A DNA stretch of 63,028 nucleotides, the filler included, from Octopus bimaculoides (taxonomy: Eukaryota): assembly GCF_001194135.2 (NCBI RefSeq). It is 8 parts of 8 records of this genome, joined end to end, with 100 filler letters (N's around TTAATTAATTAA, not from the genome) between each part and the next. Parts side by side here need not be neighbours in the genome. Positions count along the whole stretch, not along the records: positions 40,511 to 45,186 come from NC_068999.1; positions 45,287 to 48,500 come from NC_068996.1; positions 48,601 to 57,021 come from NC_068983.1; 5 more parts are not named here. One strand, given 5' to 3'. Positions 40,411-52,347 of the stretch are shown one piece after another (within the stretch, counting starts at the first letter, position 1; each line of letters starts with the position of its first letter). A program made the translations under genes and the position numbers. The notes beneath the pieces were generated by a model, which saw only the letters and a program-made list of their open reading frames with translations, did not search any database and was not told the origin of the DNA.

Positions 40411-42732
40411 NNNNNNNNNNNNNNNNNNNNNNNNNNNNNNNNNNNNNNNNNNNNTTAATTAATTAANNNNNNNNNNNNNNNNNNNNNNNNNNNNNNNNNN
40501 NNNNNNNNNNTATATATATATATAAAATGAAGAGCAAGAGAAAAGCCGACAGACAGACATGGAGATAAATAAATAAATAGACATATAGATGCGTGAATTG
40601 ATAGCTAGAGAGATGGAGATAGACAGACAGAAAAACAGATAGATTGATATAGAGATAAATGTCCTTCATCGTGTAATATTAAATTTATGGTAGGAGACGA
40701 GGTGGTTATTTGTATTAGAAATTAACTGCTTATATTTTTATACTCAAATGGATTATCATCGTATGGAAGAGAGAGAGAGGAAACGCATTCTTGTGGTTTC
40801 ATTTTTTTGTGTGTGTGCGTATTTTCTTAGCGTTGTAACAAAACGAGGAAGAAAATAAAGATTGTGCAACAGAGACCTAAGTGTGCAAATAAAAATATAT
40901 GGTGTGCCACTGATGTATGAAGTATATAGCTCTGACATTCTCTCTACCTCTATCTCTCTCTCTCATTCTAAATTATTCTGTTCGTTCTTTATGTCAGTCA
41001 CTCCTTCCTTTTTTCACTTTTCTTCTCATCCTAATTTCCATTTCCTTTCTTTCTTTATTTCTGTTATTCTTTCTCTTCCATTTTCTATCTCTATTTCTCC
41101 AGTTGTTTTTTCTGTCTCATTCTCACTCTCCCCATTTTTCTCGCACCTAGTCTATTTTCCTCCTCATCAAATTCCTTCCATTCTTTCTGTTTTCCTTCCC
41201 AAGATAGTTATAAAATGCCACGCCATCTAACTTGGGACATAGTTATCTGTAACTTAATGCAATATAAGAGTTCCCTGATGATCCGCTGTGGTTGAGGAAC
41301 GAAATGTACTTGGAATACCTATTGCAGAGCCCTAAACAAATATAAACGTGAAACACGCGAATGAACTATAATATAAACCTGTGTCTGTCCATATTTCATT
41401 TATACTCTCTGCATTTTACACCTTGGATGCATGCTAATGGCTAAACAACACCTCACTGGAGGTGTAAAAATGCGCCGAAACAATTATGTTAGTGATTTTA
41501 GCTAAAGAATGTCGTTCATTCCATTTTCTATCATTGAATTATATATGTGTATGTATGTTTGTGTGTATGTATGTATGTACTTATATATATATATATATAT
41601 ATATATNNNNNNNNNNNNNNNNNNNNNNNNNNNNNNNNNNNNNNNNNNNNNNNNNNNNNNNNNNNNNNNNNNNNNNNNNNNNNNNNNNNNNNNNNNNNNN
41701 NNNNNNNNNNNNNNNNNNNNNNNNNNNNNNNNNNNNNNNNNNNNNNNNNNNNNNNNNNNNNNNNNNNNNNNNNNNNNNNNNNNNNNNNNNNNNNNNNNNN
41801 NNNNNNNNNNNNNNNNNNNNNNNNNNNNNNNNNNNNNNNNNNNNNNNNNNNNNNNNNNNNNNNNNNNNNNNNNNNNNNNNNNNNNNNNNNNNNNNNNNNN
41901 NNNNNNNNNNNNNNNNNNNNNNNNNNNNNNNNNNNNNNNNNNNNNNNNNNNNNNNNNNNNNNNNNNNNNNNNNNNNNNNNNNNNNNNNNNNNNNNNNNNN
42001 NNNNNNNNNNNNNNNNNNNNNNNNNNNNNNNNNNNNNNNNNNNNNNNNNNNNNNNNNNNNNNNNNNNNNNNNNNNNNNNNNNNNNNNNNNNNNNNNNNNN
42101 NNNNNNNNNNNNNNNNNNNNNNNNNNNNNNNNNNNNNNNNNNNNNNNNNNNNNNNNNNNNNNNNNNNNNNNNNNNNNNNNNNNNNNNNNNNNNNNNNNNN
42201 NNNNNNNNNNNNNNNNNNNNNNNNNNNNNNNNNNNNNNNNNNNNNNNNNNNNNNNNNNNNNNNNNNNNNNNNNNNNNNNNNNNNNNNNNNNNNNNNNNNN
42301 NNNNNNNNNNNNNNNNNNNNNNNNNNNNNNNNNNNNNNNNNNNNNNNNNNNNNNNNNNNNNNNNNNNNNNNNNNNNNNNNNNNNNNNNNNNNNNNNNNNN
42401 NNNNNNNNNNNNNNNNNNNNNNNNNNNNNNNNNNNNNNNNNNNNNNNNNNNNNNNNNNNNNNNNNNNNNNNNNNNNNNNNNNNNNNNNNNNNNNNNNNNN
42501 NNNNNNNNNNNNNNNNNNNNNNNNNNNNNNNNNNNNNNNNNNNNNNNNNNNNNNNNNNNNTATATATTATAATAATATTATTAGGGACAAAATCCAAAAT
42601 TACAGGTAAAAAACTCAATTAAAATCAATTTATAAAAATTAAAATTAAATTGAGCCTTATAGATAAAGTATATATGTGATAGTGGATTTTCATCGATGAG
42701 TTCTTGAAAATTGGTTATTTTCCCTAAAACTA

Positions 42733-42763
<31 letters not shown>

Positions 42764-43059
42764 ATATACCTGCTTGTTGTTCCTACACCTTTCTGCGCCT
42801 TTTGTTTTCTGCAAATTTGAACTACTCATATGTGTATATATATATTTATAAATTTTCTTGTGTAAAATAAGGATTCATATATATATACGTATATATATAT
42901 TCATACATTTTCTTGTGTAATATAAGGATTCATGGAATCACGTGGCGGGGCGGCCGTAATCCTATGACTGACAAGTGGGTAAATAAACATATTCACCTGA
43001 AGATTCCAAAAACAGGATGAAATGATGCTATACACGGCCACCATCACAATAATAATACA

Positions 43060-43109
<50 letters not shown>

Positions 43110-43131
43110 CAACAACAACAATAATAATACA

Positions 43132-43166
<35 letters not shown>

Positions 43167-43179
43167 TAATAATAATAAA
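43060..43179 (+). repeat. (ATA)n/(ACA)n microsatellite
   Basis: Seen directly. Confidence 0.95.
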
Positions 43180-43358
43180 AGAATTATAGACAATAGGAAA
43201 TATGGTCCTCTCACGCTCCTCACTCTTTGTGAAAAATAAATTCCCCACAGGAGAGAAAAGAAGGATTTGCATAGAAACGGTAATCTTCCCCCAAGCAGCA
43301 ACACTTTTTCGTTCTCTGCCTCTACCACATTATATATGGATTTCTTTAAGACCAACAC

Positions 43359-43398
<40 letters not shown>

Positions 43399-43460
43399 CT
43401 TTTGATCGGCACTGTGTTCTATTATATTAGCCTACGGCAATTTTGTATCGCCCTATATTT

Positions 43461-43495
<35 letters not shown>

Positions 43496-43819
43496 TTCAT
43501 TCATTTTATTAACTCTCTTCCAACGATTTGACAGCGCAGAACTCTAATACTGCAGAGCCTCAAATCGAAATGACAACCAATAGTTATGGTGAAATAAATA
43601 AATATATAAACAACAGACTGTACGCTGTTTATTCAATTCAGACTTCCTTTGAGTGTCAGAAAAATGCTCTCACGCACACACTCACACACACTCAGAAAAT
43701 AATAATGAACTCACAAACAAACAAATATACACATTCACACGCACATAAATATATCTTAAAATTAGATGTAAGCGTGACTTCATATTTTAACTGACGGTTC
43801 ATACGGCCATATAAAGATC

Positions 43820-43881
<62 letters not shown>

Positions 43882-43891
43882 NNNNNNNNNN

Positions 43892-43960
<69 letters not shown>

Positions 43961-44387
43961 GTTTTTGAATGCCCTCATAAAAGCTCTTATGCTATTTATT
44001 CCGGCTACTGCTTATTGTTCCCATCTTCCAGAGTAAATTTACGGGAGGTATACTAGTCCGCTGCCGGCATCACGTAAGATGAATATAATAAACACTTTGA
44101 ATGGAAATTCGTAAATACTTTAATGCATTGCTACATACGTTTCCAGACACACCATGCTTTAGACGTTGTAATACCCATCCATAGGATGCAAGCGAAGCCT
44201 TTGTGATGTATGTAATTGCTTCCATATCTGCTCATTTTGATTCCACTTATAGCCGCTCTTTAACCCGCGAAATTGGTCTCTCGTGAATACATCAGAATCA
44301 ATGTTCGAATCATTTGATCGCTGCTTAGTGTCTTCTATACTGAGAATCTCTCGACCTCATCTGTTGACTATATATACCTATATATAA

Positions 44388-44582
44388 TGGTGGCGAGCTG
44401 GAGGAAATGTTAGCATGCCGGGCGAAATGCTTAGCGGTATTTCGTCCGCCTTTACGTTCTGAGTTCAAATTCTGCCGAGATCAACCTTGCCTTTCATCCT
44501 TTCGGGGTCGATAAATTAAGTACCAGTTAATCGACTGGCCCCTCCCCCAAAATTTCGGGTTTTGTGCCTAGAGTAGAAAAGT
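44388..44582 (+). mobile_element. SINE family A, near full length
   Basis: ggtggcgagctgg head, gagttcaaattc B box, gcctttcatcctttcggggtcgataaattaagtaccag core, gtgcctagagtagaaaa tail. Confidence 0.9.
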
Positions 44583-44969
44583 ATATATATTTGTGTGTGT
44601 GTGTGTGTGTGTGTATGTGTGTATTTATATGTGGGAAGAGAAGAGAGAGAGGTAGATGCGCGATTAATACATACACACACTAAACACACTGGTAGCTTGT
44701 AGATTGTCCACACAGGGAAATCTCCAGCTCAATCCAGTTTTTCTGTGCCACTCAGCCTCTATACATTTATCCTAATGCGTCCTCGCTCATCTGCTCCTGT
44801 TTAACACACATACATACACAGACTATCTGTCAGTTACCTTGTGTGTCTCTTTCTCTCTTTCTCTGTCTCTATATTTCTACCTTTACATTGTTTTCTGGGA
44901 GGTTGCATCTTCAGAGGTTAATCCACAAAACTTGTTAGATTTTGCGTGAAACAGTACAAGCACACACCG

Positions 44970-45012
<43 letters not shown>

Positions 45013-45027
45013 ACACACACAAACACA

Positions 45028-45069
<42 letters not shown>

Positions 45070-45311
45070 AACACACACACACACAAACTCACAGACACAA
45101 GTACACGCACACATACAAATACGGGCATATGTGTTTGTATGCATTTCTGTGAGTGTACTTATGTACGTATTAATGTTTGTGAGGAGNNNNNNNNNNNNNN
45201 NNNNNNNNNNNNNNNNNNNNNNNNNNNNNNTTAATTAATTAANNNNNNNNNNNNNNNNNNNNNNNNNNNNNNNNNNNNNNNNNNNNATATATATATATAT
45301 ATACATATATC

Positions 45312-46555
45312 CAGGGTGTCCCCAAAGAATGTATAGACACTTTAGCAGCTGATAACTCAATTGATGTTTTTTCTTTCCAAATGAAACCCACTGGAATTAA
45401 TGATGGTAGTTAGACTAAGCTTTGAACAAAGGAAATTCATTCTAAAATGCTACTGGAAGTGTGAAAATGCAGTTAAAGTACAGAGACAGTTTAGGAGGGA
45501 GTTTCAAACAGATCCACCAATGTGACTTACCATCACTCGAATTAGAAATAAGTTTGAAGTCGATGGAACTGTTCAGAATGTCCATGAGAAGCGTTCTGGA
45601 AGACCACGAACATCAACAACCCCCACAAAGCAAGAAGGAGTGCTAGAAACATAACACCAAAGTCCAAGAAAATCTGTGCAGTGAGTAGTGAGGTAGGTAT
45701 TTCAAAATCATCTGCATTTTGAAGCGTTGTCAATGGAAAAGCTATGTTCCAAGATTAGTCCATGCTACTAATGATGATGATCCAGACTGAAGTATGCAGT
45801 ATTGCGAGTGATATTTGGCACAATGTGTAGAAGATGCACATTTTCCAACAAATATTGTGTGGAGTGATGACGCCACATTCAAGTTAAATGGTTCAATTAA
45901 TTGTCACAATTGCACCAGCTGGGGACTCAAGAATCCGCATGTTATGGTGGAACACCATGTTAATTTAACAGGAGTTAGTGTAGTGTGGCTTATCAAGAGG
46001 ATGAATTGGACCATTCTTTTTTGATGCTACAGTGACTGATACTGTTTACTTGAACTTGCTGCAACAGTCTCTCATGCCAAGCATTAGAGAAGACTTTGAA
46101 GATGAGAAGTTTTATTTTCAGCAAGATGGGGAGTTTTATTATCAGCAATGTTAGATCTTTCCTTGATGAGATCTTGCTAAACGATTGGATGAAGGGGTTT
46201 TGTTGAATGCCCTCTGTGTTCACCAGACCTCACACCACTAGACTTTTTTTTTATGGGGATACCTAAAAGACAAAGTCTATGCTATGGAGCCTGAAACAGT
46301 CACTGATTTGAGAGCAGCCATTGAATGAGAATGCACACAAATACCAAACGAATTCTTTCGTGATGTTTGCGATCCCATTGCATTACATTGTCAGCAGTGC
46401 CTGAATCAGAACAGGTATCAGTTTGAAAACAGGCATTAACAAAACAATAAAATAATGTCTGCAGATTCTATTAAATTTTGAAAATGAAATGTATTTTAAT
46501 AAACACCTACTTCAAAATTATTTAAAGTGTGTATACAATTTTTTGGGAAAAACTG
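45312..46555 (+). mobile_element. Full-length decayed Tc1/mariner element, DD41D (rosa/Visitor)-type
   Basis: 32-bp imperfect TIRs at 45312-45343 and 46524-46555 (about 25/32 by eye), with TA after the right TIR. Internal pseudo-transposase present. Confidence 0.88.
45403..46439 (+). pseudogene. Disrupted DD41D-type transposase
   Basis: MVVRLSFEQRKFILKCYWKCENAVKVQRQF...SGRPRTS...SPRKS; [18 protein letters not shown]; FYFQQDG; SPDLTPLDFF..WGYLKDKVY; ends QFENRH*. Contains stops and frameshifts. Confidence 0.85.
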
Positions 46556-46724
46556 TATATATATGTGTATATAAATATATATATGTGTATATATGTATAT
46601 ATATATATATATATATANNNNNNNNNNNNNNNNNNNNNNNNNNNNNNNNNNNNNNNNNNNNNNNNNNNNNNNNNNNNNNNNNNNNNNNNNNNNNNNNNNN
46701 NNNNNNNNNNNNNNNNNTATATGT

Positions 46725-46925
46725 TTGTGTGTCTGTGTTTGTCCATCCACCATCACTTGACAACTAATGTTACTGTGTTTACATCTCTGTAACATAGTGA
46801 TTCAGCAAAAGAGACCAATGGAATAAGTACTAGGCTTACAAAGATTAAATCCTGGGGTGGATTTGTTTGACTAAAGACAGTGTTCCAGCATGGCTACAGT
46901 CAAATGACTGAAACAAATAAAAGAT
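46725..46925 (+). mobile_element. tRNA-SINE 3' half, same family as 49650-49870
   Basis: gtgtttgtcc...cttgacaac...aataagtactaggcttacaaag...cctggggt...ccagcatggctacagtcaaatgactgaaaca. Confidence 0.8.
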
Positions 46926-47350
46926 TAGTATGATAATGAGAGTGAAATGATAGTGAAGATGTGTTAAGATATGCCCTCAGGGGACACTGGAAGTGGTGAG
47001 AAGAGGTGAGGTGATATAGAGGCTTGTGCTGTATATCATGTGATACCTGAAAGTTTCCAGTTGTGAGATACTAGGAGTTGGACTTTGAAATGTACCGGAT
47101 GACTCTGAATTCATAGGATATCCCCTTGCATAGTATGCAATTCATTTGGTGAAACTGTGAAGTAGCATATTATATCTATCTTCAACTGTATTTATACAAT
47201 TACACAACATTGTATTGAGTTCTGTCTTGATGTTGTTAAAGATTACAATTACGATTATATGTTTATCTCCACCTGAAGTTACTCTCTAAAAAATTAAAAC
47301 CATGTTTGTAGAATGAAAGTAAGAGTTTTTTTTCTTCTTCCTTTTTTTAG

Positions 47351-47448
47351 GTGAAGCATGCTGCTGCTTTAAAACTTATTCACACTGAACAACTGCAGAA
47401 ATTGCAATCAAAACATCAACAGGAGGTCGAACTTCTGGAAGATATACG
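47351..47448 (+). CDS. FCHSD2: Internal coding exon of an FCH and double SH3 domains protein (FCHSD2 / nervous wreck orthologue), F-BAR N-terminus
   Basis: Polypyrimidine tract + AG at 47349-50, GTATGT donor at 47449; 98 nt, phase 0 to phase 2. Encodes VKHAAALKLIHTEQLQKLQSKHQQEVELLEDIR, which matches from recall human FCHSD2 VKVTQELKNIQVEQMTKLQAKHQAECDLLEDMR and fly Nwk ...LHTEQVAKLQ...LLEDIR. Confidence 0.88.
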
Positions 47449-47811
47449 GTATGTCTGTCACATGTTATTCAGTCGTTAAAATAAGTGCAAGTTATTATAT
47501 CACTCTGCCAAGAGTGTCAAACTCTGTTTTGTAGGTCAAATTGAAGCATAAAGCCAGTTTCATGGGTTAGGCTCAAGCAAATGACTAAAGGAGTCAATAT
47601 GCATTACAACTTTATTATCAATAAAGACTTGACAGATTGTGAATTGTTAACAAAGTTTACTTGCAGAGATGTGTGGGAAAGACTGATCCACAGTGTATAT
47701 ACAAATCCATTTGTCACTTTATATCTATTGAATTGCATAACCTTTGTTACAATACATTTTGAAAATAATGAAGAATGTACTAAATTAATCTGATATTTAA
47801 GATGGCAAACT

Positions 47812-48010
47812 TGCAAAATGATTAATGTGCCAGACAAAATACTTAGTGGCATTTCATCTGTCTTTATGTACCGGGTTCAAATTCTACCAAGGTTATATTT
47901 GCCTTTCTTCCTTTCAGGGTTGATAAAATAAGCACCTGTCAGTACTAGGATGGATGTAATCAACTAACCTCCTTCCCCAAAATTTCAGGTCTTGTTCCTA
48001 TAGTAGGAAA
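47812..48010 (+). mobile_element. SINE family A, degenerate
   Basis: cttagtggcatttcatctgtc...gggttcaaattc...gcctttcttcctttcagggttgataaaataag...ccccaaaatttcaggtcttgttcctatagtag. Confidence 0.7.
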
Positions 48011-48046
48011 GTCACTGAGAATAAAAGTTGTCTCCAAGATGAAAGA

Positions 48047-48415
48047 CCCTTAACCCTTTTGATACCAACCCATCAGGACTGCTTTATGATATAAACTTCA
48101 TGTTCCAAAATGATCTAAGTTTAAAACCTTCCATCCAAATTTCATGTGGATTCACGTTCCAAACACTAGCTTAATAATTACAAAGTTGTTTTACTAAATT
48201 CTCCATTGTTTTCAAAATCAACAGGAACAGAGACTGTAATTACAAAATTTATTATCTTAGTCATATGATCTAGCTTTCAGACCTTTCCATCTTGTTTGTC
48301 TTCACCCTTCTGAGACAATCCCTGGTTTTACACTACAAACTTCCTCTTTTAAGGGATCTAAACTAAAACCTTCCATTAAAATTCTATATTAATGTTCCAA
48401 ACACTAGCTTAATAA
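48047..48415 (+). mobile_element. Possible non-autonomous DNA element starting TTAA|CCCTTT, with an internal ~55-bp duplication
   Basis: ttaacccttttgatacc terminus resembles piggyBac-type TTAA-CCC ends. taaaaccttccat...gttccaaacactagcttaataat occurs at ~48122 and ~48364. No right end is identified. Confidence 0.35.
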
Positions 48416-48441
48416 TCTATATATATAAAAATGAGAATGTG

Positions 48442-48500
<59 letters not shown>
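48416..48500 (+). mobile_element. Possible non-autonomous Helitron 5' end with (CTGT)n
   Basis: A|TCTATATATATAAAA start followed by a (CTGT)n array, a layout typical of invertebrate Helitron derivatives. Cut off by the gap. Confidence 0.45.
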
Positions 48501-48600
48501 NNNNNNNNNNNNNNNNNNNNNNNNNNNNNNNNNNNNNNNNNNNNTTAATTAATTAANNNNNNNNNNNNNNNNNNNNNNNNNNNNNNNNNNNNNNNNNNNN

Positions 48601-48893
48601 TGGAATCTAAAAACAGAAACAATTCCTATCATAGTAGGTGCCTTAGGTATAATAAAAAAATATTCAGACAAATACATAACAAAAACACCAGGACTTACAA
48701 ATATATATAACATACAGAAAATTGCACTACTGGGCACTGCACACATCCTACGCAAAACACTTTCAATACAGTAACCATAAGAGCATCACAGCAAACCACA
48801 GCACATACCCAAGGCACACAGAGCTGCGCTCGGTAGTGAAGTGAAAGCACGTTATAAAAATAAAACTACTGAATAGTAATAATAATAATAATA
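48601..48893 (+). mobile_element. R4/Dong LINE 3' end with (TAA)n tail
   Basis: WNLKTETIPIIVGALGIIKKYSDKYITKTPGLTNIYNIQKIALLGTAHILRKTLSIQ*, then the 3' UTR shared with the 36965 and 40093 copies. Confidence 0.88.
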
Positions 48894-49033
48894 CTGAAGC
48901 GAAGATCAAGTATTTAGTGCCTGTGTTTAATTGCCAAAAATATGATCATCTCCAAATATAATAACTGTTTCAACTCATAATTTGACATCCGGTACCTTGC
49001 AAAACAAATATATAAACATGTGTGTGTGTGTAC

Positions 49034-49067
<34 letters not shown>

Positions 49068-49309
49068 ATTATAATCAAGGATAAAATCTATATAAGATTT
49101 TATGAAGTAGCTAGTATGATGCCAGTTAAGGTAAAAATTAATGCAAAGTGTATAATTTTATAAATATAATTTTAAAATTATAATAAGGGCAACTACCAAG
49201 TAATGCCACATGCTAGAAGAAGACATCAAACGGCTCTAAAACTACTTTATTTATCACATAGACACGGCCTGAAAACCAAGGAATGAACAAAAAGGACTTT
49301 TTGAAAAAG

Positions 49310-49380
49310 TTTAGCTCTAGATCAATTTCTGGTTTTGGGATATAATACCACTTTACCGTCCTCAGTATGACATAGCCAAA
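49310..49380 (-). ncRNA. Degenerate type I hammerhead-like motif
   Basis: - strand TTTGGC-TATG-TCATA-CTGAGGA-CGGT...ACCA-GAAA-TTGA-TC-TAGA-GCTAAA. Core boxes are present and stems I-III pair with a few defects. Confidence 0.45.
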
Positions 49381-49649
49381 AGTACATAATTATAAGCATT
49401 TATACATACCATACGAACACAACATATCTACAGTGCATATACAAATGTTCACACTTATATGCAAGTTAAAAATCTAGTTCGTTCATCTCAGCCACGTGTG
49501 AATGACCAAAATATTTCAGCAGTGAATAAATTTCGTTTAAGTGAATTCATATTTATCAATTATAATCAAGGATAAAATCTAGTAGTTTTAGAGCCTTTTG
49601 TCGTCTTCTAGCATATGGTATTACTTGATATATGTATATGTGTGTATAT

Positions 49650-49870
49650 GTTTGTGTGTCTGTGTTTGTCCCACCAACATCGCTTGACAACCGATGGTGG
49701 TGTGTTTACGTCCCCGTAACTTAGCGGTTCAGCAAAAGAGACAGATAGAATAAGTACTAGGCATCTAAAGAATAAGTCCTGGGGTCGATTTGCTCGACTA
49801 AAGGCGGTACTCCAGCATGGCCACAGTCAAATGACTGAAACAAGTAAAAGAGTAAAAGAGAGTAAAGCGT
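49650..49870 (+). mobile_element. tRNA-SINE 3' half
   Basis: gtgtttgtcccaccaacatcgcttgacaaccgatg...cctggggtcgatttgctcgactaaaggcggtactccagcatggccacagtcaaatgactgaaacaagtaaaagag. Confidence 0.85.
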
Positions 49871-52149
49871 NNNNNNNNNNNNNNNNNNNNNNNNNNNNNN
49901 NNNNNNNNNNNNNNNNNNNNNNNNNNNNNNNNNNNNNNNNNNNNNNNNNNNNNNNNNNNNNNNNNNNNNNNNNNNNNNNNNNNNNNNNNNNNNNNNNNNN
50001 NNNNNNNNNNNNNNNNNNNNNNNNNNNNNNNNNNNNNNNNNNNNNNNNNNNNNNNNNNNNNNNNNNNNNNNNNNNNNNNNNNNNNNNNTATATATATATA
50101 CATCCATTCATACACCTATATATGTATGTATATATATATATACATATATATGTGTGCGTGTGTGTGTGTTTAAACTGTTGTTCAAAACTATAACACTAGA
50201 GTTCCAGTCGTAAGAATAAGATATCTTGCTAAATGTTACGGCTTTCTATTACTAAAAACCGTATAAGTCATGTCCGGGAATCGACTAAGAAGCGCATGAT
50301 AATTATTAGACGTAGAAGCTACAAAGAAAAGAGGTCTGATAGTAGTAGTCTTTGCACCAATATTACGTATCCATAAATTAGTCGCAGAATCAATTAAGGT
50401 TTGAGTTTTTAAATCGACTAGAAGACCAAAATGATGGAGAAAATCAGCACTGAGGATTGGATGATAAAGATCAACTTTAACGAAATTCCTCTCAAAAGTC
50501 GAGATTTCGAAAAAGAATCAAAAACAAAATATGCGACTTACTGTAGGAGTGCCAGTAGAGGAAGGTGGAAGTGAAATGTCGACAATAAGTTCACCAATTG
50601 ATCAACAGAGCTACAAACCCCGTCAGATATTAAGATTGCCTGTATGTTTGGCGATGTTGGAGGAAAAGTATTTCATGAAAGGTTTCTCTAAGAAATTATT
50701 TTCTTACAGTTCATTCTTCGTAGTATTTGTGAAGGCCTTTTATCTGCCAAAGTTTGCTGAGAACTAGAGATGGGTTTTAATTTCCTGATACAAAATAATA
50801 CTTGCAGCAGTTGTAATTAAGACCTTTATCTCACTGCTTAGGGTGGGTGGAAGGACACTTATTAACAAACAAATTGAGTTGATAAGATTCTGACTAGATT
50901 TTGTCACCCGAAAAGTGAGCTTCCAATTGTGCGAACCAAATCGCAGCCACCCCAGTCCAACGAGGAGTAGTGGGAAAAGATATTGCCTCTTGCGAAGATG
51001 GAACAAGAATTTCAGTGCGCGGAGATGATAGTAAAAAAAATGATAAAAAGAAAAAGACATCGGAGGGGTGATGCATACACTGCGCGCAGATAAATTTTTT
51101 CGCAAATAATAGTGTGTACAATGCGTTGCTTACCCATGCTTTTTAAGAGAACTAAATTAATTTTTTTTAAGTATCGTCATTATAGGTATTTATACTCCGG
51201 TGAAATTAAGAAATCAACTCGTAAATAAACGAAACCCTCGAATCCATCACTGCACACACGCGCGCGCGCACACATACACAGTCGATGGTCGCTCTCAGTA
51301 ACTGCCTTTAGCTTACGGAGTTCTTGTTTATATAACTATCGAAAAGCAGCCAGAAGGATAGACATACTGTTGAGAACAAATGAATTCGTTGGAGGTCGAT
51401 AATCTCCATTCCAGCCTCTGGTGGCCTAGAAGAGGTTAGAAGGGTCAAATGGCAAAGATTATTATTCTGCTTAGCGAAGGCATCTGGGAAATGTATAACT
51501 GCTGTCACTCACAGAAAAACTATTGTTTTACGTAAGAAAAGCGCTGTTGAAGTGTTAAGTAAAATTTAGCAATTGAAGATCGAATCCACGCTATACCTAC
51601 ATGAAGCCACGTTGTGGAATAAAAAATTTATCTATTGTCATGGAAAAAGTGTAACTGTAAAAATGCAGAATTATCTGAGTAATGGGCATTAAAAAAAGTA
51701 TGCATGTATAGAAATGTATGAATGAAGTCCTTAAGGTTTAAGATTCAAATTAAGGAAGTGCAAGAATAATGTTTAGTAGTTCAAAACTGAGTAGTGAAAT
51801 GCAGAGTTAGGTCGGCTGATCATGAGAATCAAATATTGATCGCTTCGCTAAGAACTGCAGTTGGTATAGGTTATTTTTCTTGGGTTATTTAAATAAAATA
51901 TTAGTAATATGTAGTAGATAGAAGGATCCATTGGAGGGGCCCTATTATCGATTTTTTTCGACAATCTAAGTATGTCACGAGGTTTCCAGACATGAGTTCT
52001 ACTCACGCATCAAATAAAGTGCAAAAATTAGTAATTGGACACACAAATGATCAATATTCAAAGTAATCGAACATAAACAATGAAACCTGTAAAATATTTC
52101 TAAATTCGATGACTCAGTTAGTTCGTACGATCTATTGCTGAGACCCCCT

Positions 52150-52347
52150 TCAGTCATCACTGACCATGGGATTGCACCTAGAAAGTTACCCTCCAGGCAC
52201 AAGTCCTGGTAAGATTGTTTATGGAAGACCAGCAGTCGCCCATGCATACCGGCCTCCTCTCTCCACGCCACCAGGGAAAGGCAAAGGCCGATACAGCTTG
52301 GCACCCGTGACGTCGCAACTCTTTTCTACAGCTGAGTGAACTGGAGC
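52150..52347 (-). mobile_element. SINE body and tail lacking the tRNA head
   Basis: cagctgagtgaactggagc is the reverse complement of the 39607-39625 motif. The GC-rich body differs from the 39498 tail. Confidence 0.55.

Noticed and set aside
41268-41318. CTGATGA...GAAA hammerhead candidate
   Set aside because: Stem II does not close next to GAAA, stem III mismatches, and GTTCC/GGAAC forms a competing hairpin.
42990-43035. CTGAAGA-TTCC...GGAT-GAAA hammerhead candidate
   Set aside because: U-U at the base of stem II, no stem III and no stem I.
50200-51520. Microsatellite-free block as a possible gene or TE
   Set aside because: No ORF, motif, terminal repeat or second copy that I could recognise; left unannotated.
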